Assembly: GCF_006345805.1 (NCBI RefSeq)
Contig: NC_043001.1
Span: forward strand, 77,996,001 to 78,060,000
Direction of reading: 5' to 3'
DNA: 64,000 nucleotides
Origin: Octopus sinensis
Lineage: Eukaryota
Under the pieces are notes generated by a model, which was not told the origin of the DNA, ran no database searches, and worked only from the letters and a program-made list of their open reading frames with translations. Made by a program: the position numbers and the translations under genes. Position 1 is the stretch's first letter. Each line of letters opens with the position of its first letter. Shown here piece by piece: positions 1-13,445 of this stretch.

Positions 1-233
1 TGTCTGTCAGTCTGTCTGTGTGTCTATCTATCTATCTATCTATGTATCTATGTATCTATGTATCTATCTATCTATTTATCTATCTATTTATCTATCTATT
101 TGTATAATCACACACACAGGCACACACATCATATACATATACATACATACATACATACAGACACACACATATACGTATATATATATATACACACACAAAC
201 ATATGTCTATCTATCCATCTTTTCATCTATTCT

Positions 234-274
<41 letters not shown>

Positions 275-341
275 ATCTCTATCCATCTATCTATCTATCC
301 ATCTTTTCATCTATTCTTCTATCTATCTATCTATCTATTCT

Positions 342-395
<54 letters not shown>

Positions 396-410
396 AATTT
401 ATCTATCTTC
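1..410. repeat. (ATCT)n / (AT)n / (CA)n compound microsatellite
   Basis: Long runs of tatc/atct with interspersed ca and at repeats; this explains the IYLS-repeat ORFs. Confidence 0.95.
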
Positions 411-798
411 CTCAATATTTCCCATTTATCTCTTTATATTTCTCCTCATTTAAATTCATCTCCCTCTTCCATACATACAAATTTATCTCAGCCACGATCT
501 CCCCTCATTGCTCCACTCTTATCACAACCGATAACTGAAATTGTGGTTCTCGTTTTCTCTTCCCAATATCTTCCTCACAATTTCAGGGACTCTTTCGCAT
601 TCTCTCTTATTCTGGATTTGACCTAGATGTAGGGCAAACGTGCAAACTCAACTCCATAGACGCTAATCAAGTGTTCGTGTGACGATTGATTATCAAACCA
701 TATTGAACAGCGTCTATTCCCTCTCCAATTTGTAGTCTCAGAGTCGTTTGATTCGATTAGATAGCAGCCAAATGTGAAAGAATATATATGAACAAAGA

Positions 799-847
<49 letters not shown>

Positions 848-1036
848 GTGTGTGTGTGAGTGTATGTGTGTCTGTGAGGGTGTAAGCGTGTGTGTGTGTG
901 TGTGTGAGAAAGTGTGTGTATGTAAGTATGTGCGTGCGTGAGTGCGTGTATGTGTGAGTGCGCGCGTATACGCCTTTACATATGTGCGTGTGAATGTGTA
1001 CGTATGTTGGTGTGTGACTGTGTGTATGTGTGTGTG

Positions 1037-1067
<31 letters not shown>

Positions 1068-1399
1068 TCTCACTACATTCCTTTATGAAGTTGGAAACGT
1101 TGCTACCAATATCAATCCAGAAGTGTTTGAACGAAACCACGTGAATAGTCAAATTAGATATTTTTCCTATACATTACGAGTTTTCCCCAAAATGTATAGA
1201 CGTTGAGTGATTATAATGCGAGTGTTTAATAAAATACACTTAATTTTCAAATACAATAGTATCTACAGACCTTTTAATTTCATATTTTATGAGCACCAGT
1301 TTTCAAACAGATGACCGTTCTACTCCATGCACTGCTGATTACGCGAAGTAATGGCAGAACCAACATAAAAGCAACAAAAAATTCATTTGGTATTTGTGC

Positions 1400-2373
1400 G
1401 CATTCTCGTTTAATAGCTACCGTGAATCAGTCGACTGTTGCTGGTCATGAATCTTAAACCGTCATAAAGAAAAGTCTAGTGCTGGTGTGGTCTAGTGAGC
1501 GCAGAGTGTCTTCTACTAAACCACCTCGTTCAATCCACTTATTTGGCATAATAACATCAAGGTAGGTAGGCCCTTACATTATCATTTTAGTGTTGGGTTA
1601 CCTAAAAACCCACAATTTCTAGTCGCTGCAATTTCATGAAATGAGACCAGTCGCAGTACTGTCAAAAAGCTTGGACCTCTTAATCCTTTTGATCATAATA
1701 TTTACTGTACTGTAACAGCTGGATAATTGACATGGTGTCTCTCTGTAATGTGTGAATGCTCAGATCCCCAGAAAGTGCAATTGTGGCGGTTAACTGAACC
1801 ATTTGATTTAAATATATCCTCATAATTTTTTGGAATGATTTCATCTTCTTAACATTTTAACAAGTCCCACTCGCAAAATTCCACTTTTCGGTGCTGATCG
1901 TCTACTACGAAGCATCTAGTGTTCTTGGAAGTTAAATTTTCAATGACAGCGCTTTATTATGCAATGGAGGATTAATTTTCAAATTCCAGTTAACATGCCG
2001 CAAATATTTTCTTGAACTCTGCCAATGAGTTTCTATTGATCGTTCTTACCTGATAAGACTTGCCGAAATTCGTACTCTTCTCGAACAGTTTTTCTGAACA
2101 TTCAGAAAAGTTCTAATCACTTCAAACTTATCTCTAATTTGAGCGATGGCAAGGTACGTTGGCAGATCGTTTGAAATACCCTCTTGAACTGTCGTCGCAC
2201 TTCAACTGCGCTCTAGAAACTCCAGTACCACTTTAAGAGAAATTTCCTTTATTCGAAGCTTACTGTGGCACCCTTCATTATGTCTAATGGGTTAAATCTA
2301 AAGAAAAATGAAAATTCAGAGAATTACTAACTGTACTATTTCAGCTGCGTATAAAGTATTGGAGGACATCTTA
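1400..2373 (-). pseudogene. Degenerate Tc1/mariner-superfamily transposase relic
   Basis: Minus strand reads, with stops and frameshifts, as an N-terminal HTH region (..EVRRQFKRVFQT..IAQIRDKFE..), then DDxxRxVEFCEW, [18 protein letters not shown] and KGLxGPSFF motifs. A TIR-like end lies near 2355-2373. The left boundary is approximate. Confidence 0.7.
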
Positions 2374-2456
2374 TGTCTGTGTGTCTATCTATATAAATAC
2401 ATATACATGCATGCGTACATACATACGTATATATAAATAGACACACAAACACACAA

Positions 2457-2526
<70 letters not shown>

Positions 2527-3097
2527 TATATCAGTCCATATAAGTCTATGCGTTATGCACTCACACGCACACACCAAACACAGACACATACGCGCAAACA
2601 CAACACAACACACACACACAAACAGACACACACCTATAAACAACTATAACTTCAACAGGAAAAAAATCTCCTTCCTAACAACTGCTCTTGAAGCAATTTA
2701 GTGAAGAGAAAGAGAGAGAGAGAGAGGGGGGAAAGTGGGAGAGAGGCTGGAGGGAATGGGCGAGAGGGTGAGAGAGTAAGAGTGAGAGAGAGAGAGAGTA
2801 AAAAACTGAGAAAGCGAATGGTTATAAAACTCTGTTTTACAACTATGTTAATCCTTTGATCCCTCCGAGGAACACTCCTAGCCACTGGGTGTTTAAAAGA
2901 TTTTATTATAATTGAATAATTGGATATTATGAGGAATTGCATAAAGATAATTATCAAAACATTTTGTGTATTGTAGAACATAATCAATTTATTGCAGATA
3001 AATGTTAACAGCAAAATCTTACATGAACCCCAAAGGGTGATGTGGCCCCGGTTGAGAACCACGGATACCAAACAATAATGTCGATATTTTTATTAAC

Positions 3098-3182
3098 ACC
3101 TTGAGCAGGTGTCTTCTACTATAGCCTCGGGCCCACCAAAAGTTTTGTGAGTGAATTTGGTAGAAGCAGATTGAAAGAAGTC
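3098..3182 (+). mobile_element. tRNA-derived SINE family B, 3' fragment
   Basis: ccttgagcaggtgtcttctactatagcctcggg..tgtgagtgaatttggtag matches the copies at 4605, 13330, 18056, 31293, 46876 and 52552. Confidence 0.7.
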
Positions 3183-3236
3183 GGACGTTTACTCACACAC
3201 ACACATACACGCACCTACTCATACACATGCATATAT

Positions 3237-3462
3237 ATTTCTTTACTACCCACAAGGGGCTAAACACAGAGGGGACAAACAAGGACAGAGAAAGGGATTA
3301 AGTCGATTACATCGACCCCAGTGGGCAACTGGTACTTAACTTATCGACCCCGAAAGGATGAAAGGCAAAGTCGACCTCGGCGGAATTTGAACTCACAACG
3401 TAACGACAGACGAAATACGGCTGCGCATTTCGCCCAACGTGCTAACGTTTCTGCCAGCTCAC
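3237..3462 (-). mobile_element. tRNA-derived SINE family A (octopus OR-like)
   Basis: Reverse complement gives gagctggcagaaacgttagcacg..gagttcaaattccgccgaggtcgactttgcctttcatcctttcggggtcgataa; about ten copies occur in the window. Confidence 0.85.
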
Positions 3463-3564
3463 TGCCAGCTCACATGCATATACACACACGCGTGTGTGTG
3501 TATGTATGTGTCCATTACAAACTTCGAATAGACAGTGAGCAGCGACGCCTGCTGGGTTCGGCTA

Positions 3565-3610
3565 CATCATATTGAGAAGAGGCAATCACCCCGAAACTAG
3601 TCTGTGTATG
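3565..3610 (+). ncRNA. Candidate minimal type I hammerhead ribozyme with U3-A8 core variant
   Basis: catcata-TTGAGAA-gagg caatca cccc-GAAA-C TA GTC-tgtgtatg. Stem I has 7 bp with one bulge, stem II has one mismatch, and the stem III region ACTAGT is palindromic. Confidence 0.45.
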
Positions 3611-3754
3611 TTGAACCAGTGACGTGAAGCTGCTTACCTCCCCTGTACAAAGATTGTAAAGGACACAGGTTTGTGTGTCACATAGCTAATCAAGAGCAGT
3701 ATTCGTCCTTTTTTTCTGGACTGACATGTTAGCTTGGCGATAACTATTGATATA

Positions 3755-3792
<38 letters not shown>

Positions 3793-4180
3793 TGTTTTGT
3801 AACTCACGTGGTAGGATTTTGGAGGGAAATACGAATTCCCTTGTCTATATAAATGTGGATATGCTAGTTGACTTTGGTATCTTTCGATGTCGCTTGATGG
3901 AAGATATAAGAGGTAAGTTTTTCCTAGCATTTCTAGATTTATGGGAAATATTATGTTGATAAGGAAATGAACCTTACGATTCTAATGCAGAAACGTACGT
4001 CCATATTGAACCCGAATACTGTGTGGTTTCGTTGTTTTTCTTCTTCTTTTGCCATATGTGAGTTACAAATATTGTTGTCTGTGGAGACTTATTTTTGTAG
4101 TAAAAGGAAATAGTAGTCCTTTGGCTGCTATTTCTAATATTTTCGGTATGTGGTTTAAGCAACTTCTTGCAAAAAAACCT

Positions 4181-4219
<39 letters not shown>

Positions 4220-4220
4220 T

Positions 4221-4289
<69 letters not shown>

Positions 4290-4370
4290 GCATACACATA
4301 TATACATATATATTTATATTTATGTGTGTGTATATATGTGCGTGTATATATTCTTTCTTTTCTTTTATAT

Positions 4371-4565
4371 TCTTTTACTTGTTTCAGTCATTTGACTACG
4401 GCCATGCTAGAGCACCGCCTTTAGTCGAGCAAATCGGCACGGGAATTATTCTTTGTAAGCCCAGTACTTATTCTATCGGTCTCTTTTCCCGAACCGCTAA
4501 GTGACGGGGACGTAAGCACACCAGCATCGGTTGTCAAGCAATGCTAGGGGGACAAACACAGGAAC
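4371..4565 (+). mobile_element. Interspersed repeat family C (SINE-like)
   Basis: gtttcagtcatttgactacggccatgctagagcacc..cttattctatcggtctcttt..ggttgtcaagc; related copies at about 13031-13205 and 31140-31200. Confidence 0.65.
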
Positions 4566-4604
4566 ACAAACACATACACACACACATATATATATACATA
4601 TATA

Positions 4605-4759
4605 CGACAGGCTTCTTTCAGTTTCCGTCTACCAAATCACTCACAAGGCAATGGTCGGCCCGGGGCTATAGCAGAAGTCACTTGCCCAAGATGCCACGCA
4701 GTGGGACTAAACCCGGTACCATGTGGTTGGTTAGCAAGCTACTTACCATAGAGCCACTC

Positions 4760-4762
<3 letters not shown>
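4605..4762 (-). mobile_element. tRNA-derived SINE family B
   Basis: Reverse complement: caggagtggctctatggtaagtagcttgctaaccaaccacatggtaccgggtttagtcccactgcgtggcatcttgggcaagtg (A/B-box-like head followed by body). Confidence 0.8.
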
Positions 4763-4824
<62 letters not shown>

Positions 4825-5369
4825 AATGTAAGATCCAAGCATCGAGGTATAGGAAGAAGTTGAACTTCAACCACCCGTTGAAAGATAGGAAAAGTTTTTC
4901 AGGAGCAAACGTGGTTTTTTGAGTCGGAATGTTGTGGATTTTTTCCGTTTCGAAGTACGATAAGCTACATAGAATTATTTTTTATTTCACCGTAGGCATC
5001 CAGGGCTGCAAACTATGCGAATTAAATACAAGAGTTAAGGAATGCAGTATATAATATCCAGAGTATATATGTTTAATTGCGAGCGGAACTTAGGGAATGG
5101 TAAATATTGAAATGAGGTGCATGCCGTAGGCTACCCTTCAGGCCAAATGAAATTTACGTTGTCGTAAGGAGGTATATATATATATTTGTATAAGCAAAAA
5201 TTAGATTAGTTAAAATATGTTTGACATATTTGAACTTATAAAGGCAAAGTCACTGCAGTTACCGTGGATAAAATATTTTTATCTCATGGTAAGAAGATGT
5301 AAAATCACTATATCTGTCCAGTGCTGCCTTTTTTCCAGATTCCTTGATGCTGCATTTCTAGCTTATTAT

Positions 5370-5408
<39 letters not shown>

Positions 5409-5409
5409 A

Positions 5410-5610
5410 GCTCAAATCTACGGAAAACAAAAGAGGAGATGGTGAAGGAACAACAAGCACGTGTATTAAGTTAACGCTCAGGAAAATGGAAAAGTCTTTA
5501 AGGTTTCGAGCCTATATTTTTCGACGGAAAGGATTAGGAAAAAGAAAAATGTTTAGGGATTAACGGTTCAACATGATGAAATGGCCGGAAGAGAGAGGCT
5601 GAATGAAAGG
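5410..5610 (-). mobile_element. Penelope pseudo-LTR-like repeat with decayed hammerhead
   Basis: Shares ttaacgctcaggaa..aaagtctttaa.gtttcgagc with 18465-18720 and 49915-50100. Confidence 0.5.
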
Positions 5611-5628
5611 GAGATAATGATAATAATG

Positions 5629-5691
<63 letters not shown>

Positions 5692-5984
5692 TTAATGGAA
5701 CTGCTCATATCCTACGCAAAATACTTTCTTTGTAATCTTAAGTTTTAAAACAAACATAATTTTCGTATGGTTTTTTAGGCATTCACTTGTACAACACTAA
5801 GTACAAACCAAATATATGACACCCTAGGCATAACACCAACATGAACTTCCAACTTGTTGTCTCTTGAGGTCTCTGGGTGAGACTTGGAGCCAGCTTGTGC
5901 AAATGTAAAGCAAAAGTCAAACATAGAATACTACTACTACTACTACTACTACTACTATACTACTACTACTACTACTACTACTAC

Positions 5985-6028
<44 letters not shown>

Positions 6029-7583
6029 TAAGAAGAGAAGAAGAAGAAGAAGAAGAAGAAGAATAACAATAACACTTAGCGCAAACCTCCCCCAGGGTAA
6101 CACCAACCTCCTCTCAAATATTAGCCTGAGATGATTTTTAAAATGACAATATTTGAAATAAACACGACTGCTCTCGCAAACGAGAATACTAAAAGTGAAC
6201 GCGACCGCTCTCGAAAATTAAATAGAAATACCGGAAAAGTAATCCAAAATCCTTGTCCGGTACTTGATTCCAAAGATATTTTGGAATGTGCAGGGGTGTG
6301 TGCTGGCCGTGTTTGTAATGATGTGTGTGTGTCGTCTGTAGTGGGAATAGGGACAGTTTTTCTTTATCAAGGCCGTTTTTAGTCTATCCACTGATATAGT
6401 GCCTTTACGACCACAAAGTTCTATAGCGAAAAAATTATCCGCGCTTGAAAGAAAACGGAAAGGATCTGCATATGGTGAGTTTAGCAGAGGTTTTACATCG
6501 TTTAGTACAAAAACGTGACTCTAAGAAGTAAAGCTTACTTTAAGGCTGTTGTGTCGACACCCCCAGACGATGAAGTCGGCCAGCCGAATATGTAGATATA
6601 GAGGGAGAAGTCTAGATATCGAGAGTTGAGTAGAAGTCATCCGAACATGCGATATAACAAAGGCAGTGCTAGAAAAGCAGTTGTCAAGTAGATAAGAAGT
6701 TTTAAACAGGAGCAATATATTCAAAATTGGTAAAAGTAGAAATTGTCGAAGATAAATTCAATTTATTATTTTTACTGAATATGTTAGTGTTATTTAATTT
6801 CTGAACGGTCTTACTGCCGTTTGTTTATGTAGTTTGACTTCTTTATCCACTAGTTTTCTACTAAGGTAGAAACGCAAATAAAATTAATAATAGAGAAATG
6901 AACACAAAACGTTGAAAGCAGCAACACCGCCATAACATACGTGGAAACCATAAGAAGGCTTTCAATGCAGATAATCAAAGAAAGACTTGAAAGTGAATGT
7001 AACACCGTAATATGTCGTGTAAAGTAAATATAACAAATAATCCAGAATCCTTGTCCGGTACCGAATCGATCCCAAAATCTAACCAGTTCATGCCAGTTAC
7101 GAGGCCAAACATCACTGAAAGTTTAATCCGAATACATTGAGCGATTTTTGAGATAACTTGTCCACGGACAAAAAAACCTAATACGACTGAAAACAATACC
7201 TCCGCGTTCGCCAAGGCGGAGGTAATAAAGGCATCGAAAGGGCGATGCATGCCCTGGGCGTGCACACAGATAAATTAAAATTTAATTTAATAATCTCAGA
7301 CGTATTCATATTTCAACAAAAATGCATCAAGAAATATTTCTTCTGCTTATCTTTTATACATATATAACAAACAAACAAAAAACATTTTGAGTTACCAGAT
7401 GAAAATTTAATGAGTTCGAGCCATTCATCCAATGTGTATTTCTGCCTAATTTGGTGAAATTCCGTTCAGCTGTTTTCCAGTTATTTTGCAAACACACAGA
7501 CAAACAGACAAAGGCGTGCGACTATAATACCCTGCCTACTACTAATTATAATAATTATCATTATTTGTCCCGAACGAACTAGC

Positions 7584-7627
<44 letters not shown>

Positions 7628-7631
7628 ATGC

Positions 7632-8300
7632 GTATGTATATTGTTTTGCAATCATTGTGACCTGGAATTTGATAATAGTAATGCATCCTTCCATGTGCAT
7701 ATTACTAAGTTTGCAGGGAAATGCAGACGACTAACTGAGTGGATTTTCTGAATTTTCAGAACGAGAGACCATAAAGGTCCCATGGAGGACATTTGTCCTA
7801 AGTCGTCTTGTCTAAGGCTAGGAACTACGGATCTCGAAGCATTCAAAGGAAGATATAGGAAAAAAGCCTCAATGCAACAAATTAGCTATGGAGAAAGTCT
7901 CAAGAGTTTAAGACTGGAACGAGGGTAGGAGAAATATATGCCATAATATACATCATGGAAAGACTGGTCCAAAATTTTGGCGTTGAAACATATACAAACG
8001 TCAGAGCAGAGTTCCATAGCGAACTGCCAAAAATTCCTTCCCCGCCAACATGTAGGAAACTGAAATAATTTGTAATTCAAAGGCGCCATAGTTCTTCAAA
8101 ATCCTCCCGAAGGACCTAAAAGACCAGTATGGTGTGGATGTAAACGTCTTCAGAACTATACAGGATATCAAGAGTGTCAGATGCCTCAACTTTACGGCGA
8201 GAAGTGGGGTATGAGTGTAGCCTCATCAAACTCCCTCATTAACCAAAAGCCAACTACTAAAGGTGGATTAATAAGTGTGTGGCGAGTTGGTAGTGCCGCA
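7632..8300 (+). pseudogene. CR1/L2-group LINE, degenerate RT C-terminal fragment
   Basis: Frameshifted translation resembles ..WRTFVLSRL..LEAFxxRY..SYGExLKSLRLERxxExYAIIY..LVQNFGVETYTN..FKILPKDL..SNSLINQ, typical of CR1-type 3' ORF2. Confidence 0.7.
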
Positions 8301-8544
8301 ACATGAGCCGAATCTGAAAAAGAGCAAAAGTGTAAAAAGTATACATAACGATAAATGTCGCCCTTTTCAAGCCTGGCCAGGCTCATGGGCCCGGTTTCCC
8401 GGTTACTGTGTGGTATGTGTTCCCCCCAGCTGGACGGGACGCCAGCGTTACTCAAGAAACAGGAAGAGAGAGTGAGAGAAAGTTGTGGCGGAAGAGTACA
8501 ATACTAATTTCATTTGCTCTGCAGTTCTTACTTTCCTGTCCATT

Positions 8545-8687
<143 letters not shown>

Positions 8688-11646
8688 GAATGATAGAATA
8701 CTCACATACATGTGTATAAGTATATATAGCGACTTATATATGAAATTAAATTAAAAATATATTTGCACACTTACAGTACGAATATTGATATATAGCTGAT
8801 ATAAAAATTTATGCTTCATATTCTAAATCTCTAAAGATATATAGCGATTCCATCTCTGCTTCGATTTCTGACTGAGAATATTCATAACATACTTATGGGT
8901 AAATATATTTGTTTTGTTTACCCTCCCATAGCGTTCTTTGACAAACAATGCAAACTTATTCGAAGCGATTGTTGGCGTCTTCATCAGACTACTGTTTTTA
9001 CAATGGTTAATATGTATGTATGTATAAGTTTATATACATGTACACAGATATATTTATGCGTATGAATACACATGTATATACATATATAATATGTATTCTA
9101 GCATCTATGCATCTATATATTTATATATTTATGTACACATCTATATATACTCTACGTTCTAGGGCACTGTTTTACACCTACGTATTTTGCATTTGAAATA
9201 TATATGTATATATATATATATATATACATCTAGATTTATATACATATCTATATAAACATACACACATATGAGCACATCCACACTTAAACACACACACACA
9301 CGTGTGCACACACGCACACACACACGCATACAGGGACACGCACACTTATACATATGTATTGTAAATTTGATTTGCACGGTTAATTTGGTGAAATTTAACG
9401 ACAAAATTCACGAAAAATACGAACTGCCTTGACGGTGGTTGGTTTTATTTATTGTTAAAAAACGTTGGATAGCTTTGAACATTTTACCTTGGAAAATGTT
9501 TACTAAAAACTTCCTAAAACAGCAAATGAAAATACAAAAGACTTTCTTACATTGTTGATTTAGGACAAATCACCGTGGAATCTTGGAAATTTACTCAATT
9601 TGAAGCATGAAACAAACGTGGGCCCTTGATAATTCAAGTGCAATGAAAAATCGGTTTAAGTTGTGTCTACCTTTTATAATCAAATCACAAAATCTTGGTT
9701 GCGCAGGATTAGTCTAGTGACTGGTTAGTTGAATATTTCTGTCCTGGTTCCAAAAGTGTTTGTGAGAAAAATAATTCAAGCATAATGCACGTTTATATTT
9801 CCACAACGCTTCTGATCATAATGCAAATCATCATTCATTCTACCATTTCATATCTCTTCAGGTAGACTTCATTCCATCAAACACACCTTTGCTACAACAG
9901 CCTATGAATGAAGGAATCGTTTTCATTTTCGAGAAATATCAATTTTAATAATAAATTTAGGTCAGTTGACTACACCTACATCCATTCATCCTTCCATGCA
10001 GTTTTTTTCACCCATGCAGTAACGGCAGTAGAGTCATTAAGGATCTCCATAGTGTCCTCTCAGAAGCAAACGCCATTAGATTTTTGCTTCTGAATTTCGA
10101 AGCATGACTAACTGAAACCATGGATATTACTCAACAATCTTGTTTTTCATCTATCCTTAAGTTTGCTGCTGGTTGACTTAGTTTGAAACATACGTCCTGC
10201 TATACTTGCCTGTCACATTCTTTTCCCATAACCGTAGTACCACAACTGTGCTTCCTCAACGCGAAAAAGTAGCGGCTGAACGAGTAGAAATTTCTTGGCC
10301 TCCGAGCTACGCAATCTTTTAAGTGACGTTACACCGGTGACCCTTCGTTGGGTCCTTGTCTCAGTCGCTTTATTACATCTTCTAATGATATTCCTATATT
10401 AGTAAAATAAATTCAAACTTTGCTGTAGAAGCAGTTCTACAATGTAAATATTACCAATAACTCAGACTGAATGTTCGTCTATTGTTTAGACACTAGAAAA
10501 TGCAATTTATCAATAAGAAAAAGCCCTTAAAGACAAAATCGCTTAGCTCTGAATTACATTGTGCTTTTGTAGAAGTAAGGCACAAATAAAGGTTGCACTT
10601 ATCTCGAGGTGCAATCAATTACAATCCCTCAGATCACGGGAAACCAGTAAGATCTCAGAGGTGTATCCGCACGTACGCTCTCCCCAATCTTTGACCAGAA
10701 AGAACTTCTACCCTACGATCTCTCTGAACACTCGTCCATTGCTCGCAACACATCGTTGAGAAAAGAAGCTGATCGGACCTGCCACTTTTTTCCATGATGT
10801 CATTTCCTCTCCATTCCGAGCCCTTGACGTAATGTCACTTGCTCTTCCATTTGGTCCCCCATCTTTACTCCACAGTTTTTTCTTAACACTTATTAAAAGT
10901 CTTTAAACGATTTTTCTCCCGGAAGGAAAACTGCATGTTTTGGCGTTTAAACACGAGATGTACATTAAGTGTGTGGTATTGATGACCATAAGTTTGTTAA
11001 AGAATTGTCAGAGAATTTCAAAAATAGAAATCAGCATTGTGCAGTAACTTAGCATCGCAAATATGCATTTGAAAATGTTAGCATATGTATTTTGCTGGGG
11101 ATATGGAAATGATTCCATCCAAATCTACTCAAAGAAAAGCATATGAGTGGACGAAACCGGCTCAATCAGTTACAAATGTGAGATCGCGAGATGTTATTTG
11201 AATTGATAAAGATCTCCACCAATCTGAAGTCCTTAAAAAATAAATGGAAACACGTGCCTGATCCTAAAAACAAACTTCAAAACGTTAAAAACCACTAATA
11301 TATTTCTGTTTTATTAAAAGCCTAATTGAAATAAACTCGTGCTTTTTGAGCGATTTTCAGGAACAACAAACCACGTTTTGAACGAATTGTGAAATTTAGA
11401 AGATCTGTAATAGTAGCATTGAATTGATTATCGGGAAGAATTAGGGGTTCACATGAAGGCAACATTTCAAACCTCAGTGCACATTATTAAAGAAATAAAT
11501 ATCTAATAGACATAGTAGCAACAATCACGTTTAATACATACACACGTAATACATATGTAGATACATATATACCAATATGTATGCACACATACAAACATCC
11601 ACACAACAACAAGCACTATATATATATACTTTCCCTTTATAAATAA

Positions 11647-11677
<31 letters not shown>

Positions 11678-11692
11678 ATATATATATATATA

Positions 11693-11776
<84 letters not shown>

Positions 11777-13329
11777 CATACATGTATATACGTATGTATG
11801 TACGTATAATTTTGGATCTTTTAGTGGAGAAGGTATTAGCTAAAATAAGCATGAATATTTTTATATCCAATTACGCATAATTTTGTTCAAAAGACATTTA
11901 CTTTAGAAAGTGTAGATATTTTTCTCAATTGAATTAAGTTTAATTTTGTTGAAAAGGTTTTCTGTATATGTAGGAGTATTATAGGCCTACTGTATTTGAA
12001 ATAAGTGTATAGTTCTTTCGAATGTTAAAAGAAATGTGATACCGAAATAAAGATAAAAAAGAGATATCTGTGAAAATAATATACAACTATATATATGCAT
12101 GCAAGCACAGATGTATGCATTCATACAGAAGTACACAAACACACACACACACTTACACTCACATGTATGTATGTACACAATTATAAATACGCAATTGTAT
12201 AAGTTGTATATTTTTGTGAGACTGTTTGCTTAAAGGAAATTTACTAAACAGTTGCTTCAGAATATTCTTTCTAATATATACATACACTCATACACACGCA
12301 CGCACGTACACACAGACACAGACACACAGACGCACACGCACAAACACGCACATATACACACACATGTACACACACACACGTGCCGACACACACTCACAAG
12401 CAAACATACACATATAACTACACATTTACAGAGGTCTATATATCGATAATTTTCCTTCGCATTAATTCATACCTCTTTTAATAAAATCCTTATATTTTTG
12501 TCATAATTTTTTTTTCATGAAATACGAAAAACTAAAACAAAAAAATTAATGCAAAAATAAATAATATATATGAAAAAATAGTAAATATAAAATCTGTTTT
12601 AGAAATTATTTGTTTCGGTAGATTTAGCCTCAAGGGAAACAAAATACGCCATTTTGAATTGCCATTTTTTCCTTCCAACAGCTGTTGCAGTAAGGAATTG
12701 CTGCAATGTACAATTCGACTGCTTTTCCTGGAAGCAACAAATTCTTTCTAAGTGGATGCACGTTGTATCTTTTTTTTTTCTTTTCATATATTAAGTGATA
12801 TAAGATAAAGCAAAATTAATTCATTATTCAAAGCATGGAGCGGTTTGTACGGAGATGACGATGGCCAAAAGGTGGTATATAAATGTAAATATTCCATATC
12901 GAAATAAAAATCCAAGTACACGTTTGCTCGCATGTGCTTATTAATATAAACCAGTCGGCGGCATAGGCCGCTAGATATAGCAGCCAAATTTTTAAAAGTT
13001 GGAAACAGAACGGGTTTACAGAGCATTATATTTTACTTGTTTCAATCACTGGATTTCCAGCCATGATCCAACACCGCCTTGACGGGTTTAGTTGAAAAAA
13101 TAGTTTCTCATTTCTAAAGTCTAGGACTTATTGTATCGATCTCTTTTGTGGAAATCTGGTTGAGACGAGCCGTAAACAAACCAACTGTCAAGCGATGGTG
13201 ACAAGTGCACGCGTGCACACACACACACACGCACACACACACACACACGCACACACACACACACACACGCATATAGAAATACTACGGGCTAATTTTAGTA
13301 TTCGTCCTCTAAATCCGCTCACGATATTT

Positions 13330-13445
13330 TGGTTGGTTCCCCCGGGGATGTAGTAGAAGACACATCCCAAAGGTGCCGCACAGTGGGACTGAACTCAAAA
13401 CCTCGTGGTTTGGAAGTAAACTTCCCAAACACACCACCACGCCTC
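13330..13445 (-). mobile_element. tRNA-derived SINE family B
   Basis: gtagtagaagacacatcccaaaggtgccgcacagtgggactgaactc.. is the reverse complement of the family B head and body. Confidence 0.7.

Noticed and set aside
20-538. Long ORFs of IYLS/YI/HT/NNN/LLL repeats here and throughout the window
   Set aside because: They are translations of (ATCT)n, (AT)n, (CA)n and (AAT)n microsatellites, which lack stops in some frames; there is no domain signal.
2052-2096. Apparent 44-nt minus-strand exon with cag/gtaag boundaries
   Set aside because: It lies inside the Tc1/mariner transposase relic; the splice-like signals are probably coincidental.
6560-6605. CGATGAAG..GCCGAATATGTA hammerhead-like relic
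   Set aside because: The 3-8 pair is absent and the stems are too short.
8955-8995. Minus-strand CTGATGA..CGAAT motif
   Set aside because: GAAA is mutated and stems I and III cannot be formed.
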